Source: Alphaproteobacteria bacterium
GTDB lineage: Bacteria; Pseudomonadota; Alphaproteobacteria; UBA2966
Reading direction: 5' to 3'
Assembly: GCA_963663355.2 (NCBI GenBank)
Contig: CAXXKS010000001.1
Location: 2,232,545-2,296,544 of the forward strand
Length of the DNA stretch: 64,000 bases
In this document: positions 36,197-45,620 of the stretch, in pieces
Layout of the letters: every line of letters starts with the position of its first letter
Numbering within the stretch: position 1 is the stretch's first letter
Translations under genes and position numbers: made by a program
Notes under the pieces: generated by a model
Databases searched by the model: none
Told to the model about the DNA's origin: nothing
Seen by the model: only the letters and a program-made list of their open reading frames with translations

Positions 36197-37249
36197 TCAA
36201 TCCTCCAGGACGCGGTAGCCCATGACCTGGCGTTCGGTGATCAGCGCGCGGCCCGACGCGGTGCCGTAACGGTTGAGGGTATCGACCATGACGGACGGCC
36301 CGACGGCGTGGTCCGGACGGAAGGCCGCCCCCGCGAGAACGCAGTCCGCCGCGAGCGTCTCCCCGGGGCGGACGAGGGAATGGATCTCCACGAAATTCCC
36401 ACCGTTGAAGATACCTCCGGGAGGCACGCCCAGCCGCGCGGGATCGAGACGGCCCACGTCCGTGACGCCTTCCCGGCCCAGCGTCGCCGGATCGGGATCG
36501 AACGGCTTGGCGTCGGGCCACGACTCCAGGCCGTGCAGCGGATACAGGGGCATCGCCACCACGCCTCCGAAGGGGCCGTCCTCCGCCTTCTCCGGGTGGT
36601 AGTGCCAGGGATGCACGTTCATCACCGCGTCGGCCATCAGCCGCAGGCGGCTCAGGTCGACCGGGACGACCGACTCGACCGCGTCCATCCGCTTCCCGAC
36701 CATCTCCCGGATGCGGTCCGGCACGCCCTCGTCGGCCTCCCGGATCCCGGTGTCCACGCGCCACCCGTCCGGCAAGTCCCGGTCGTCGACCTCGACGACA
36801 TGGCGTCCGTCCGGATCGAGCAGGACGATGGCGTCCCCCACGGTCGTGTCCGCGCCCTGGTCGGGATTGTGGATGCGAAAACCGACCCGCGCGGCGACGT
36901 AGCGCCCCGCCTCCGCGACTTCCCGGATCGCGCCGTGAACGGCGAGACGCTCCTCGGCGAAGTCCATCCCGCGAAAATCCGTGTCCACGCGCCACACCCA
37001 GCCCCGATGGCCGAACGACGCGCCCAGGAACTGGACGATCGATTGCGCCTTGATCGCGCCGTTGACGTACACGTCCTTCAGCTTACCGCGCTCGCGGGCG
37101 TAGTCCTGGTTGTAGTGGACCTTGTCCCAGTTCTGCTGGGCGGCGCACCACCGGGCGAGGTGCTTGTAGCCGATCGGGCCCTTGTCCAGCGGAGGCAGGT
37201 CCGCGCCCGCCCGCAGGGGCGTGTCGAGTCCCGGAATCCGTATCGCCAT
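36197..37249 (-). CDS. double hot-dog acyl dehydratase (mesaconyl-/itaconyl-CoA hydratase-like architecture)
   Basis: 350 aa. The N-terminal half carries a degenerate hydratase motif (WDKVHYNQDYA). The C-terminal half is a second hot-dog-like region. Confidence 0.6.
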   Translation of the reverse strand: MAIRIPGLDTPLRAGADLPPLDKGPIGYKHLARWCAAQQNWDKVHYNQDYARERGKLKDVYVNGAIKAQSIVQFLGASFGHRGWVWRVDTDFRGMDFAEERLAVHGAIREVAEAGRYVAARVGFRIHNPDQGADTTVGDAIVLLDPDGRHVVEVDDRDLPDGWRVDTGIREADEGVPDRIREMVGKRMDAVESVVPVDLSRLRLMADAVMNVHPWHYHPEKAEDGPFGGVVAMPLYPLHGLESWPDAKPFDPDPATLGREGVTDVGRLDPARLGVPPGGIFNGGNFVEIHSLVRPGETLAADCVLAGAAFRPDHAVGPSVMVDTLNRYGTASGRALITERQVMGYRVLED

Positions 37250-37264
37250 CCCTCCCTCCGGCCG

Positions 37265-38746
37265 CTACCCGGCCGCGTTGGCGAGGTGGAACGACCTGAT
37301 GCTGCCGCGCTCGGAGAGCTCCTTCATCAGGGTCGCGAGCGGGGTCGGACCGACGGCGTAATCGGTGTCGATGGGCCCCGCGGCCTTCAGGGCGCCGTAC
37401 TCCCTTTCGGCGTAATAAGCCGCCAGCAGCAGGTCGTCGTCGCCGGCGAAAGGTCCCCGCTCTCCCCGGATCCGCGGCAGCGCGGGAGGCACCAGGGCGC
37501 CGGGACGCTCCGTCACGGGCTCCTCGCCGCGCGTGATCTTGTCGTAGAGGTTCGGGTCGATCGGCCCCGCGATCTCGCCGTAGTAGCCGAGGACGTACTT
37601 CCTGACCTCGTCGGGTACGGTGTCGTAGCGATCCTTGCCCTGAAGCTCTCCCATCACGTTGAGCACGGCCTGCGTCATGACGTACTGCGCGAAGGGGCTC
37701 ACGATGATGGGATAGCCGAGCTCGCGGCGCACGTGGCCGGCCTCCTCCATCACGTCGTCCAACTTGTCGACGATGCCCAGCGGCTCGAGCTGCGACTTCA
37801 GGTTCGAGATCATCCCGCCCGGGACCTGGTGGTGGTAGTGGAACTCGTCGTACTCCACGGGCTCGCCCGTGGGCTTGTCCTCGCGCGCCGCGATGTAGCG
37901 CAGCTTGTCGGCGGCCTGCTCGACCGGACCGAGGTCGAGGTCCACGGAATGGCCCCGGCGGCGGACGTTCCGCACGAACCGTTCCGTCGGCGGATGGGAC
38001 GCGGCGTTGGCCAGGGTGGACGTGGCCGTATGCACCACGTCGACGCCGTGGTCGACGGCGAGAACCGCGACGTACGGCGACAGCCCCGACAGGCAATGGC
38101 TGTGAAGCTGGAGCGGGACGGCGCCGCAGACCCCCTTGAGGGCCGGCACCAGGGTGGGCACGCGCTCCGGCCGCAGCAGGCCGCTCGGGTCCTTGATGAA
38201 TATCCCGTCCACGCCGAGCTTCAGGAGCTCCCGCGCCTTGGAGACGTAGTAATCGTCCGTATGCACGGGCGTCTCGGTGTAGACCAGCCCGCCGACCGTG
38301 TGCATCCCGAGGCGCTTGGCGGCGCGGATGCACACCTCCAGGTTGCGGATGTCGTTCAGGGCGTCGTAGGTCGTGTGGTAGCGCATGCCGTTGGCGATCA
38401 TGCGCTCGGCCGTGAGCTCCACGACGTCGTCCGCGAACAGCTCGAATGTGAACAGGCTCTGCCCGCGGTGATGCAGGATGAGGGGCGTGTCCGTCACCCA
38501 GCCCGACAGGATGCGCATGCGCTCCCAGGGATCTTCTCGGAGGTAGCGGACGCAGACGTCGAACACCGCGCCGCCCACGAGGTCGATGGCCTCGAACCCG
38601 GCCCGGTCCAGCAGCGGCGCCGTCTCCCGCATCATCGCGGTGGTCATGCGCGTGGCCCACAGGCACTGGTGGGCGTCGCGCAGCGTCACGTCGATCAGAT
38701 TTACGGTCCGCCCGCCGTTCCCTGGAGGCGCTCCCGCCGCCGTCAT
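37265..38746 (-). CDS. biotin-dependent carboxyltransferase, 5S / OadA / PycB type, without a biotinyl domain
   Basis: ORF 37265..38830 from MTAAG (complement of 38744-38746). Motifs DVTLRDAHQ, IKDPSGLL, LHSH and HHQVPGGMISNLKSQL. Confidence 0.8.
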   Translation of the reverse strand: MTAAGAPPGNGGRTVNLIDVTLRDAHQCLWATRMTTAMMRETAPLLDRAGFEAIDLVGGAVFDVCVRYLREDPWERMRILSGWVTDTPLILHHRGQSLFTFELFADDVVELTAERMIANGMRYHTTYDALNDIRNLEVCIRAAKRLGMHTVGGLVYTETPVHTDDYYVSKARELLKLGVDGIFIKDPSGLLRPERVPTLVPALKGVCGAVPLQLHSHCLSGLSPYVAVLAVDHGVDVVHTATSTLANAASHPPTERFVRNVRRRGHSVDLDLGPVEQAADKLRYIAAREDKPTGEPVEYDEFHYHHQVPGGMISNLKSQLEPLGIVDKLDDVMEEAGHVRRELGYPIIVSPFAQYVMTQAVLNVMGELQGKDRYDTVPDEVRKYVLGYYGEIAGPIDPNLYDKITRGEEPVTERPGALVPPALPRIRGERGPFAGDDDLLLAAYYAEREYGALKAAGPIDTDYAVGPTPLATLMKELSERGSIRSFHLANAAG

Positions 38747-38865
38747 CTCCTTGCCCCCCTCGACTCCCGTGGCCCCTGTGCTAAAACGCCGTTCCCGGAG
38801 CATTATATCCCCGCGGCCGTCTCGCGCCATTTGCGGCCGGAACCCGCTCTCGAATCGGTTCCCGC

Positions 38866-39360
38866 ATGAGTCTGACCTACGCCGAAATCGCCGAGATCAT
38901 CAAGCTCATCGACGCCAGCTCCTGCGAGGAGATCACGCTCGACCTCGGCGAGATCAAGCTCTCCATGCGCCGCCACGGCGGCGGGCCGGCGACGGCCGCG
39001 ATCGCGCCGCCGGCCGCCGAAGGACACGCCGCGGGTGGGGAGCCGAGCGCCGCCCCGACCGGAGACGCGCCGGCCGCCGCCTTGTCCCGGACCGAGGCCC
39101 CCGCGCCCGCCGGCGACGGCATGTCGGAAATCCGTTCCCCCATGGTCGGGACGTTCTACCGGGCGCCCTCGCCCACCTCGCCCCCGTTCGTCGAGGTCGG
39201 CAGCGAGGTCGGCGCGGACGATCCGTTGTGCCTCATCGAGGTGATGAAGCTCTACACCACGATCTCCGCGACGGGTCCCGGCCGCGTCGCCGAGATCCTC
39301 GCCGAGAACGGCGCGATGGTGGGAGCCGACGAGGTCCTGTTCCGCATCGAGCCCCTGTAG
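38866..39360 (+). CDS. biotin carboxyl carrier protein (BCCP)
   Basis: 164 aa. Ala/Pro-rich linker and C-terminal biotinyl domain with EVMKL. Confidence 0.8.
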   Translation: MSLTYAEIAEIIKLIDASSCEEITLDLGEIKLSMRRHGGGPATAAIAPPAAEGHAAGGEPSAAPTGDAPAAALSRTEAPAPAGDGMSEIRSPMVGTFYRAPSPTSPPFVEVGSEVGADDPLCLIEVMKLYTTISATGPGRVAEILAENGAMVGADEVLFRIEPL

Positions 39361-39398
39361 GCGCGCGCCCCACGCCCGATGCCTGGAGAGACGCCGGC

Positions 39399-40319
39399 AT
39401 GAAGCCCAAGGCCGCCTACATCGGCATCGGCGCCATGGGGTTCCCCATGGCCGGACACCTTGCGGACAACGGTTTCGACGTCTCCGTCTTCGACACGGAT
39501 CCGGTGCGCATCGAGGCCTGGACGCGACGGTACGGGGGGCACGGCCGGCCGTCGGCGGCCGCCGCGGCGGCGGGCGCCGGGTTCGTCTTCTCGTCGGTGA
39601 GCACGGAACGGCAGGTGCTGGCGTCGACGACGGACGAGGCCGGCGCCTTCCGCTCCATGGCGCCGGGCGGGATCTACGTGGACCACACGACCACCTCCGC
39701 CGTGCTGGCGCGCGGCCGGGCGGACGCGGCACGGGAGCTCGGCCTCCACTACCTGGATGCCCCGGTCGCGGGCTCGCCGGCGGAGGCGGCCCGGCGCGGC
39801 TCCCTGACGATCATGGCGGGCGGCGACCGCGACGCCTTCGAGCGCGCCTTGCCGGCGCTGCGGTGCTACGGAACGGAGATCGAGCACCTGGGTCCGTCCG
39901 GCGCCGGCCAGCTCGCCAAGATGGTCAGCCAGATCGCCATCGCCGGCATCGTGGAAAGCCTCGCGGAGGCGCTCCACTTCGCCCGGCGGGCGGGCCTCGA
40001 CGGGAAACGGGTTGCCGGCCTCCTGTCACGGGGTCCGGCCACCTCCTGGTGGATGGTCAACCGGGCGGAACCGATGCTGGAGGACCGGCACGACGTGGGC
40101 GGGCCGGTACGGAACATGCTGAAGGACTATGCTCTGTGCCTCGCCGAGGCGGAGCGGCGCGGCGCCCGCCTGCCGGTCGTCGAGCTGGTCCACGGGTTCT
40201 GTGAGGCGATCGCCGCCCAGGGCGACGGGGAGCGGGACTTCACGGGGCTGATCAAGCACCTGGACGACACCGCGGCAGGCGGACGGGGCGGTCAGGCGCC
40301 CCGTTCCATCTCCCGGTAG
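39399..40319 (+). CDS. NAD(P)-dependent 3-hydroxyisobutyrate/6-phosphogluconate dehydrogenase-family oxidoreductase
   Basis: Tail of ORF 38586..40319 from ATG 39399. Motifs GIGAMGFPMAGHL, LDAPVAG and GAGQLAKMVSQ. Confidence 0.8.
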   Translation: MKPKAAYIGIGAMGFPMAGHLADNGFDVSVFDTDPVRIEAWTRRYGGHGRPSAAAAAAGAGFVFSSVSTERQVLASTTDEAGAFRSMAPGGIYVDHTTTSAVLARGRADAARELGLHYLDAPVAGSPAEAARRGSLTIMAGGDRDAFERALPALRCYGTEIEHLGPSGAGQLAKMVSQIAIAGIVESLAEALHFARRAGLDGKRVAGLLSRGPATSWWMVNRAEPMLEDRHDVGGPVRNMLKDYALCLAEAERRGARLPVVELVHGFCEAIAAQGDGERDFTGLIKHLDDTAAGGRGGQAPRSISR

Positions 40320-41635
40320 CGCTCGCGCACGAAGGCGCGGCGCTCGTCCCCGAAGAGGCGCGCGCTCTCCGTCACCGTCTCGAACACCTTCCGTCCGGTC
40401 TCGCGCAGCAGGGCGCGGTCCGCCCCGCCGCCCGCGGGCGGGATCTCCAGCACCGCGTCCTGGGTGAAGGTGTTGATGTGGGGGCCGCCGGTTCCCCGCT
40501 GGGAACGGGCGACCGCCTCCGGGATCTCGCCGCGCGCCGCCGCGCGCAGCAGCCGCCGCAGCATCGTCACGCCCGCGTCGTGCACGCCGAGATGCTCGAG
40601 CGCATGCACGGCGATAGGGCGCTGACCGGTCAGCACCTCCCAGTCTCCGGGCTCGCGCTGCCGCTCCGCGTAGCCGCGGTTGCCGTCCTGGCCGAAAAGG
40701 TCGATGGAGTTCGGTCCGCACAGCTCCTCCCGCCCCTCGCCGCGGGGGTCGACGATGTCGCCGAAGTGGCGCCAGCCGATCATCGTGCACTCGTCGTTGC
40801 CGATGGGCACGCACCACCGCGTGTTGCCGGCCCGCGCGAAGTAGGTGGACACGTGGGTGCGCGGGAAGATCGGGGCGACCTGGAGGAAGTTGGGCAGCAG
40901 GGCGTGGTTGGTCCGCACCCAGACGCGCCCGCCGACGCGGCGGGACGTCACGAACAGCATGCCGCTGCCGCCCTCCGTCTCGTGGAACTCGAGCTCGGGA
41001 AGGCTCCCGAAGTCCTCGGAGAGCTGGAGGTTCGTCATGTTGACGTGCAGGAAGCAGGCATGGATCGGATCCATGATGTTCTCCTGCACCTGGAGCCAGT
41101 TGCATCCGTGCCAGACCGAATACGGCACCGTGCGGACGCCGGGCTCGTCGCAGGTGTCGAACAGGGGAAACTCGGGCTCTTCCCCGGGCGGCCCCATGTA
41201 GGCGAAGACGAGGCCGCGATGCTCCCGCGCGGGGTAGGCGCCGTGCCGGAACGATTCCTTCAGGCGGGAGCCCGGAGGCTCGCCCGGCGTCTCCAGGATC
41301 GTCCCGTCGGCGGCGAACAGCCAGCCGTGATAGCAGCATCGCAGTCCGCGCTCCGCGACGATGCCGTATTCGAGGGAGGTGCCGCGGTGGCTGCAATGGC
41401 GGTGCAGAACCCCGACGCCGCCAGACTTGTCGCGGAAGGCGACGAGGTCCTCCCCGAGTATCCGGACGGCCTTGGGCAGGTCCGTCAGTTCCTGGCTCAG
41501 GCACACCGGCTGCCAGAAGCGGCGCATGAGCTCGCCCATCGGCGATCCCGGCTCCGTGTGCGTGAGCTCCGCGTCCTCCGCAGGCACGTCCCGCAGCAGA
41601 TAGCCCGAATAGGGCTCGGTCACCGCCATGGTCAT
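40292..41635 (-). CDS. Rieske [2Fe-2S] non-haem-iron oxygenase alpha subunit, paralogue 1
   Basis: Rieske motif CSHRGTSLEYG...CCYHGW, followed by a catalytic domain with His-containing segments. Confidence 0.85.
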   Translation of the reverse strand: MTMAVTEPYSGYLLRDVPAEDAELTHTEPGSPMGELMRRFWQPVCLSQELTDLPKAVRILGEDLVAFRDKSGGVGVLHRHCSHRGTSLEYGIVAERGLRCCYHGWLFAADGTILETPGEPPGSRLKESFRHGAYPAREHRGLVFAYMGPPGEEPEFPLFDTCDEPGVRTVPYSVWHGCNWLQVQENIMDPIHACFLHVNMTNLQLSEDFGSLPELEFHETEGGSGMLFVTSRRVGGRVWVRTNHALLPNFLQVAPIFPRTHVSTYFARAGNTRWCVPIGNDECTMIGWRHFGDIVDPRGEGREELCGPNSIDLFGQDGNRGYAERQREPGDWEVLTGQRPIAVHALEHLGVHDAGVTMLRRLLRAAARGEIPEAVARSQRGTGGPHINTFTQDAVLEIPPAGGGADRALLRETGRKVFETVTESARLFGDERRAFVRERYREMERGA

Positions 41636-41785
41636 CCGCGTCTCCTTCCCGCCTCACGATGCCGAACCGGCGGCGCCTGTCAAGACGCACTCCGGCTTCA
41701 TGACCACTCCTCCCCGCCCGGGACCGCCCTATCAAGACACCCCGGAGGGAAGACGGAGCGGTTCCGGCCGGTCGGCGGCCGAGAC

Positions 41786-42010
41786 GAATTCGCACAGTTC
41801 GCACGGAGTCGGGCCGGTCGCGCGGGTTTCGTGTTCGGTTCCCCGGGTACGCGGGCGTCCCGCACGCACGATGCGGGCCGGAGGCCCGCATACCGAGGTT
41901 CGCTGTCGTCCCCGAAAACGCCTCGTTGAATTCGCACACTTCGCACGACATCGGGAGGGGTGCGCGAGATGATATTATGTATATGAATCAATATGTTATC
42001 CGAAGTTCCA
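41786..42010 (-). repeat. composite intergenic element B (inverted): two GAATTCGCACA(G/C)TTCGCAC boxes (41786-41804, 41928-41946) plus the AT-rich module (41972-42010)
   Basis: The reverse complement aligns module by module with 15521-15994 and 51121-51260. Co-oriented with, and ending 150 nt upstream of, Rieske paralogue 1. Confidence 0.7.
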
Positions 42011-42413
42011 CGGTACGCAGGCGTCCTGCCCTCATATCCGGCCCGCCCCCTCGTCATGCCGGGGACAGGGCCATTGCCGCCCGGTTCGATTTTGGCGAAC
42101 AAGTTGCGTGGCCTGGATTCAAGCGGGTCTTGCAAGACCGAATCGAGGCTTGCAACGGAGCCCGATCCATGAACGCCGCCGATACCCCCCTCCCGACCTC
42201 CCCTTGCAGGGGGGCTGGGTGGGGGATGTTTGAGTGTCAGGGTCCACGAACTCCCGGACCCCGTGGCGGCAACCGTCGAGGACGGACGGCGGGAGCTCTC
42301 GCTGTGAGCCGGTCGCGTGGACGAACGATCCATGGGCGCTCCGCATCGATACGGCATCGCCACCCGGAATAAAGACGACCGGGTCGCGGCGGCGGCGAAG
42401 CGCGGCGCGGCCG

Positions 42414-42662
42414 TCAGGCGCCGCCGAGCGGCCTGAGGAAGCCGACCGTCAAGGCGGTTTGCGCGGCGACGATTGCGAAGGCGAGTCCGACACCGAACCT
42501 GAGCATCCGATTTTCAAGCGCGGCGAGACCGGCCTTGGTCGCGACGCCCTCCGAGACGGCATCGCGCGTGATCCCGGTAATGGCTTCCGCCTGGTCCGCG
42601 TCGAAGCCGGCAGCGGTGAGCGCCTTGGCGGCCCGGAGCGTATCGAACGTGCCGGCGGCCAT
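42414..42662 (-). CDS. short DUF1640-like membrane-anchored protein
   Basis: 82 aa. N-terminal FDTLRAAKALTAAGFDADQAEAIT parallels 26222..26749. The C-terminal TM helix is present but the coiled-coil middle is lacking. Confidence 0.6.
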   Translation of the reverse strand: MAAGTFDTLRAAKALTAAGFDADQAEAITGITRDAVSEGVATKAGLAALENRMLRFGVGLAFAIVAAQTALTVGFLRPLGGA

Positions 42663-42724
42663 GGCTGGCTCCGCTGTCGGTACGGGGAGGTTCGATCATG
42701 CTGCCGGCCGCCGTCCCGCCGGGC

Positions 42725-43591
42725 CTATTCGAGGCCCAGGTACTCCGCCTCCCGGGCCCGCCACCACTCGGTGTTGACCGCCGTTTCGCGGTCCATCCAC
42801 GACGCCATACGGTCCTCGTAGCGCTCGGTGTCGCCGTCCTCCCGGAGCACCCGGAGCACCTCCTGCGCCGCGAAGATGGCGGCGCGGTGGGTCTGGTTGG
42901 GATAGATGCCGATGCGGTAGCCCATCTCGGCGAACTCCGCCCTGGGAAGGACGGGCGTCTTGCCGCCCTTGAAGACGTTCACCAGCGCGGGCGCGGCGAT
43001 CCGCGAGGGGATGGAGCCGAGCTGCCCGCGGTCCCGGGGCGCCTCCACGAAGCCCACGTCGGCCCCCGCCTCGATGTAGAGGTTCATGCGGTCGATCGCG
43101 GCGTCGAACCCTTCCACGGCGATCGCGTCGGTGCGCGCGATGACGACGAGGCGGTCGTCCTTCCGCGCATCGACGGCGGCCTTGATCTTCCCGGCCATCT
43201 CCCCGGGCGGCACGATCTCCTTGCCCTCGTAGTGTCCGCACTTCTTGGGCGCCACCTGGTCCTCGATGTGGATGCCGGAGACGCCGGTCCGTTCGAACTC
43301 CCGCACCGTGCGCACCACGTTGACGGCGTTGCCGTAGCCGGAGTCCGCGTCGGCGATGACGGGAATGTCCACGGCGTCGCACACGAGGCCGACCCAGTGG
43401 GTGACCTCGAGCATCGTCATCAGTCCCATGTCGGGGTAGCCGTTGGCCCGCGAGAAACCGCCGCCCGTCAGGTAGAGGGCCTCGAAGCCGGCGATCTCGA
43501 CGAGGCGGGCGGTCAGGGCGTCGAAGGCGCCGGGAACCACGAGGTACCCGTCCCCGGACAGGTGCTTGCGGAGTTGTGCGCGCGGTTCCAT
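42725..43591 (-). CDS. isocitrate lyase / PEP mutase-family enzyme (2-methylisocitrate lyase / carboxyvinyl-carboxyphosphonate phosphorylmutase-like)
   Basis: 288 aa. Motifs PGAFDALTA, IADADSGYG, IEDQV.PKKCGH and ARTDA. Confidence 0.8.
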   Translation of the reverse strand: MEPRAQLRKHLSGDGYLVVPGAFDALTARLVEIAGFEALYLTGGGFSRANGYPDMGLMTMLEVTHWVGLVCDAVDIPVIADADSGYGNAVNVVRTVREFERTGVSGIHIEDQVAPKKCGHYEGKEIVPPGEMAGKIKAAVDARKDDRLVVIARTDAIAVEGFDAAIDRMNLYIEAGADVGFVEAPRDRGQLGSIPSRIAAPALVNVFKGGKTPVLPRAEFAEMGYRIGIYPNQTHRAAIFAAQEVLRVLREDGDTERYEDRMASWMDRETAVNTEWWRAREAEYLGLE

Positions 43592-43719
43592 GTCGAGACG
43601 TCCTCCCTGTGGGCCGCGGCGACTCTTCGGGGCGCGCCTCCGTCTGTCAACCGGGCGAACGGTCTATACTCCCCGCCGAATCCGCCCGGGGAGCCGCGGC
43701 GGACCGGTCCGGAGACGCC

Positions 43720-44604
43720 GTGTTCGACACCGCCTTCAGAAGATCGCTGCTGCTCCTGTGCGTCGGCTCGGGCGCGATGTGCGCCCTCATGGGCGCCTGG
43801 TACTGGACGACGCCGGGACCCGCCGGGCCGGAGGCGCCGGCCGCGGACCTGACCCTCACCCTGACCATCGACCTGTCCGAGTACTGGCGGCCCGAGTTCG
43901 CGTACGCCGTCCTGGTGACCGCGGCGGGCGGCATGCTCCAGGGCTTCACGGGCTTCGGCAACACCCTCGTCATGGTGCCCCTGCTCACGTTCGTCTACGG
44001 ACCGGCGGAGTCCGTCGCCGTCGGCATCGGCCTCTCCGCCCTCGGCACCGTCCTGCTGCTGCCGGAGATATCCCGCGACGCGGACTGGCCGGACGTCCTC
44101 CCCGCCTGCCTCATGGGGTTCGTCATGGTGCCCGTCGGCGTCGCCCTCCTGCTCACCGTCGATCCGGGCGTCACGCGCCGGCTGATGGGCGGCATCGTCA
44201 TCCTGGTGGCCCTGATCATGATCCGGGGCTGGAGCTACGCCGGACCGCGCAACGCGCTGACCAGCGGGACGGCGGGCGCGTTCAGCGGCTTCACCGCCGG
44301 CTTCTTCGGCATGGGCGCCCCCGGAGTGACCCTCTACTACCTCTCGGGGACCGTCCGGGCCGCCGTGCAGCGGGCCAACATCCTCGTCGTCCTCGGGGTG
44401 GTGTCGGCGGCCACCATGACGGGGGTCGCCGTCGGCGGCGGCGCGGACCTGGGCTCCCTCCTCCTGGGCATCGCCCTGATCCCGCCCTTCGCGCTCCCCG
44501 TGTGGGTGGGCGCCCGCTACTTCCGCCGCGCCTCCAACGAGGTCTACCGGAGGGTCTGCCTGTGGCTGCTGATCGTCATGGGCACCGCCGTCATCGTGCT
44601 GTAG
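43720..44604 (+). CDS. TauE/SafE (TSUP) family anion/sulfite exporter, copy 1
   Basis: Part of ORF 43576..44604. GTG 43720 follows a GGAGA Shine-Dalgarno, but the start is uncertain. Polytopic protein with GFTGFGNTLVMVPLL. Confidence 0.7.
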   Translation: MFDTAFRRSLLLLCVGSGAMCALMGAWYWTTPGPAGPEAPAADLTLTLTIDLSEYWRPEFAYAVLVTAAGGMLQGFTGFGNTLVMVPLLTFVYGPAESVAVGIGLSALGTVLLLPEISRDADWPDVLPACLMGFVMVPVGVALLLTVDPGVTRRLMGGIVILVALIMIRGWSYAGPRNALTSGTAGAFSGFTAGFFGMGAPGVTLYYLSGTVRAAVQRANILVVLGVVSAATMTGVAVGGGADLGSLLLGIALIPPFALPVWVGARYFRRASNEVYRRVCLWLLIVMGTAVIVL

Positions 44605-44638
44605 CGCCGCGCCGCCGCCCCGCCCCGGCGCCTCCCGG

Positions 44639-45379
44639 ATGATCGAGCTCTCGCCGTTCCTGACCCCGGCGTTCGCCTTCGCCGCCGCCGCCGCCGCGCT
44701 GGGCGGCATCCTCATGGGGTTCACGGGGTTCGGCTCGACGCTGGTGATGGTCCCGCTGCTCTCCATCCTCTACGGCCCCGCCGAGGCGGTGGCCGTGGGC
44801 GTCTCCGTCTCCGCCGCGGGTCTGGCGCAGACGGTGCCGCGGGCATCCCGCGACGCGGCGTGGAGGGAGGTCGTCCCGGCCTGCCTCGGCGCCGCGGCGC
44901 TGATCCCGGCGGGGACCGCGCTGCTCCTGCACGCGGATCCCGAGCTGACCCGGCGGCTGATCGGCGCGGCGGTCCTCCTGACGGCGCTCGCGATGCTGCG
45001 CGGCTGGTCGTACGCCGGGCCGCGCAACCGCTGGACCGCGGGCCTGTGCGGGGCCGCCGGCGGGTTCACCAACGGCTACTTCGGGATCGGCGCGCCCGCG
45101 GTCACGTTCTACTTCCTCGGGCCGGGCGTCCGCGCCGCGACGGCGCGGGCCAACATCCTGCTGACCATCGGCGTCTTCTCGGTGGCGACCGTCGCCGCGC
45201 TGGCGACAGGCGGCGGCATCGGCCCCGGCACGTGGATACGCGCCGCCGTCCTGTTCGTGCCCTATTCCCTGTCGCTCTGGATCGGATCGCGGCTGTTCGG
45301 GCGCGCCTCCGACGGCCTGTACCGCGACGTCGCCCTGTGGCTGCTCGTGGCCATGGGCGCGACGGTACTCGTGTCGTAG
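44639..45379 (+). CDS. TauE/SafE (TSUP) family anion/sulfite exporter, copy 2
   Basis: 246 aa. GFTGFGSTLVMVPLL. Collinear with copy 1. Confidence 0.8.
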   Translation: MIELSPFLTPAFAFAAAAAALGGILMGFTGFGSTLVMVPLLSILYGPAEAVAVGVSVSAAGLAQTVPRASRDAAWREVVPACLGAAALIPAGTALLLHADPELTRRLIGAAVLLTALAMLRGWSYAGPRNRWTAGLCGAAGGFTNGYFGIGAPAVTFYFLGPGVRAATARANILLTIGVFSVATVAALATGGGIGPGTWIRAAVLFVPYSLSLWIGSRLFGRASDGLYRDVALWLLVAMGATVLVS

Positions 45380-45431
45380 CGCGGCCTTTCCGGGGTGTGC
45401 GCGGCCCCTCCCGACTTCTTCCCCTCTACCA

Positions 45432-45594
45432 GGAGCCTCTGCGAAACGCGGTTGGGGCGGCGCGTCGTTCTCCGACACCCTCACCCTGTCCCTCTCCCGC
45501 GGAGCGGGAGAGGGACCCTCGGGGCGCGGCCGGGCCACTCGGGTCCCCTCCCCTGTTCCCGTGGCGCGGGCGGACCGCTTTCGCGGAAGAATCC
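45432..45594 (-). repeat. deletion variant (~163 bp) of the TIR MITE
   Basis: Termini GGAGCCTCTGCGAAACGCGG ... CCGCTTTCGCGGAAGAATCC. The interior matches 11167-11383 minus one hairpin module. Confidence 0.65.
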
Positions 45595-45620
45595 TGACAG
45601 GGGGGAGGCCGGGAGGAGCG

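Noticed and set aside
41698-42363. 221-aa ORF in the long spacer upstream of Rieske oxygenase 1
   Set aside because: It spans repeat element B, the AT-rich module and a REP hairpin. It has no Shine-Dalgarno and no recognisable domain, and its composition is atypical.
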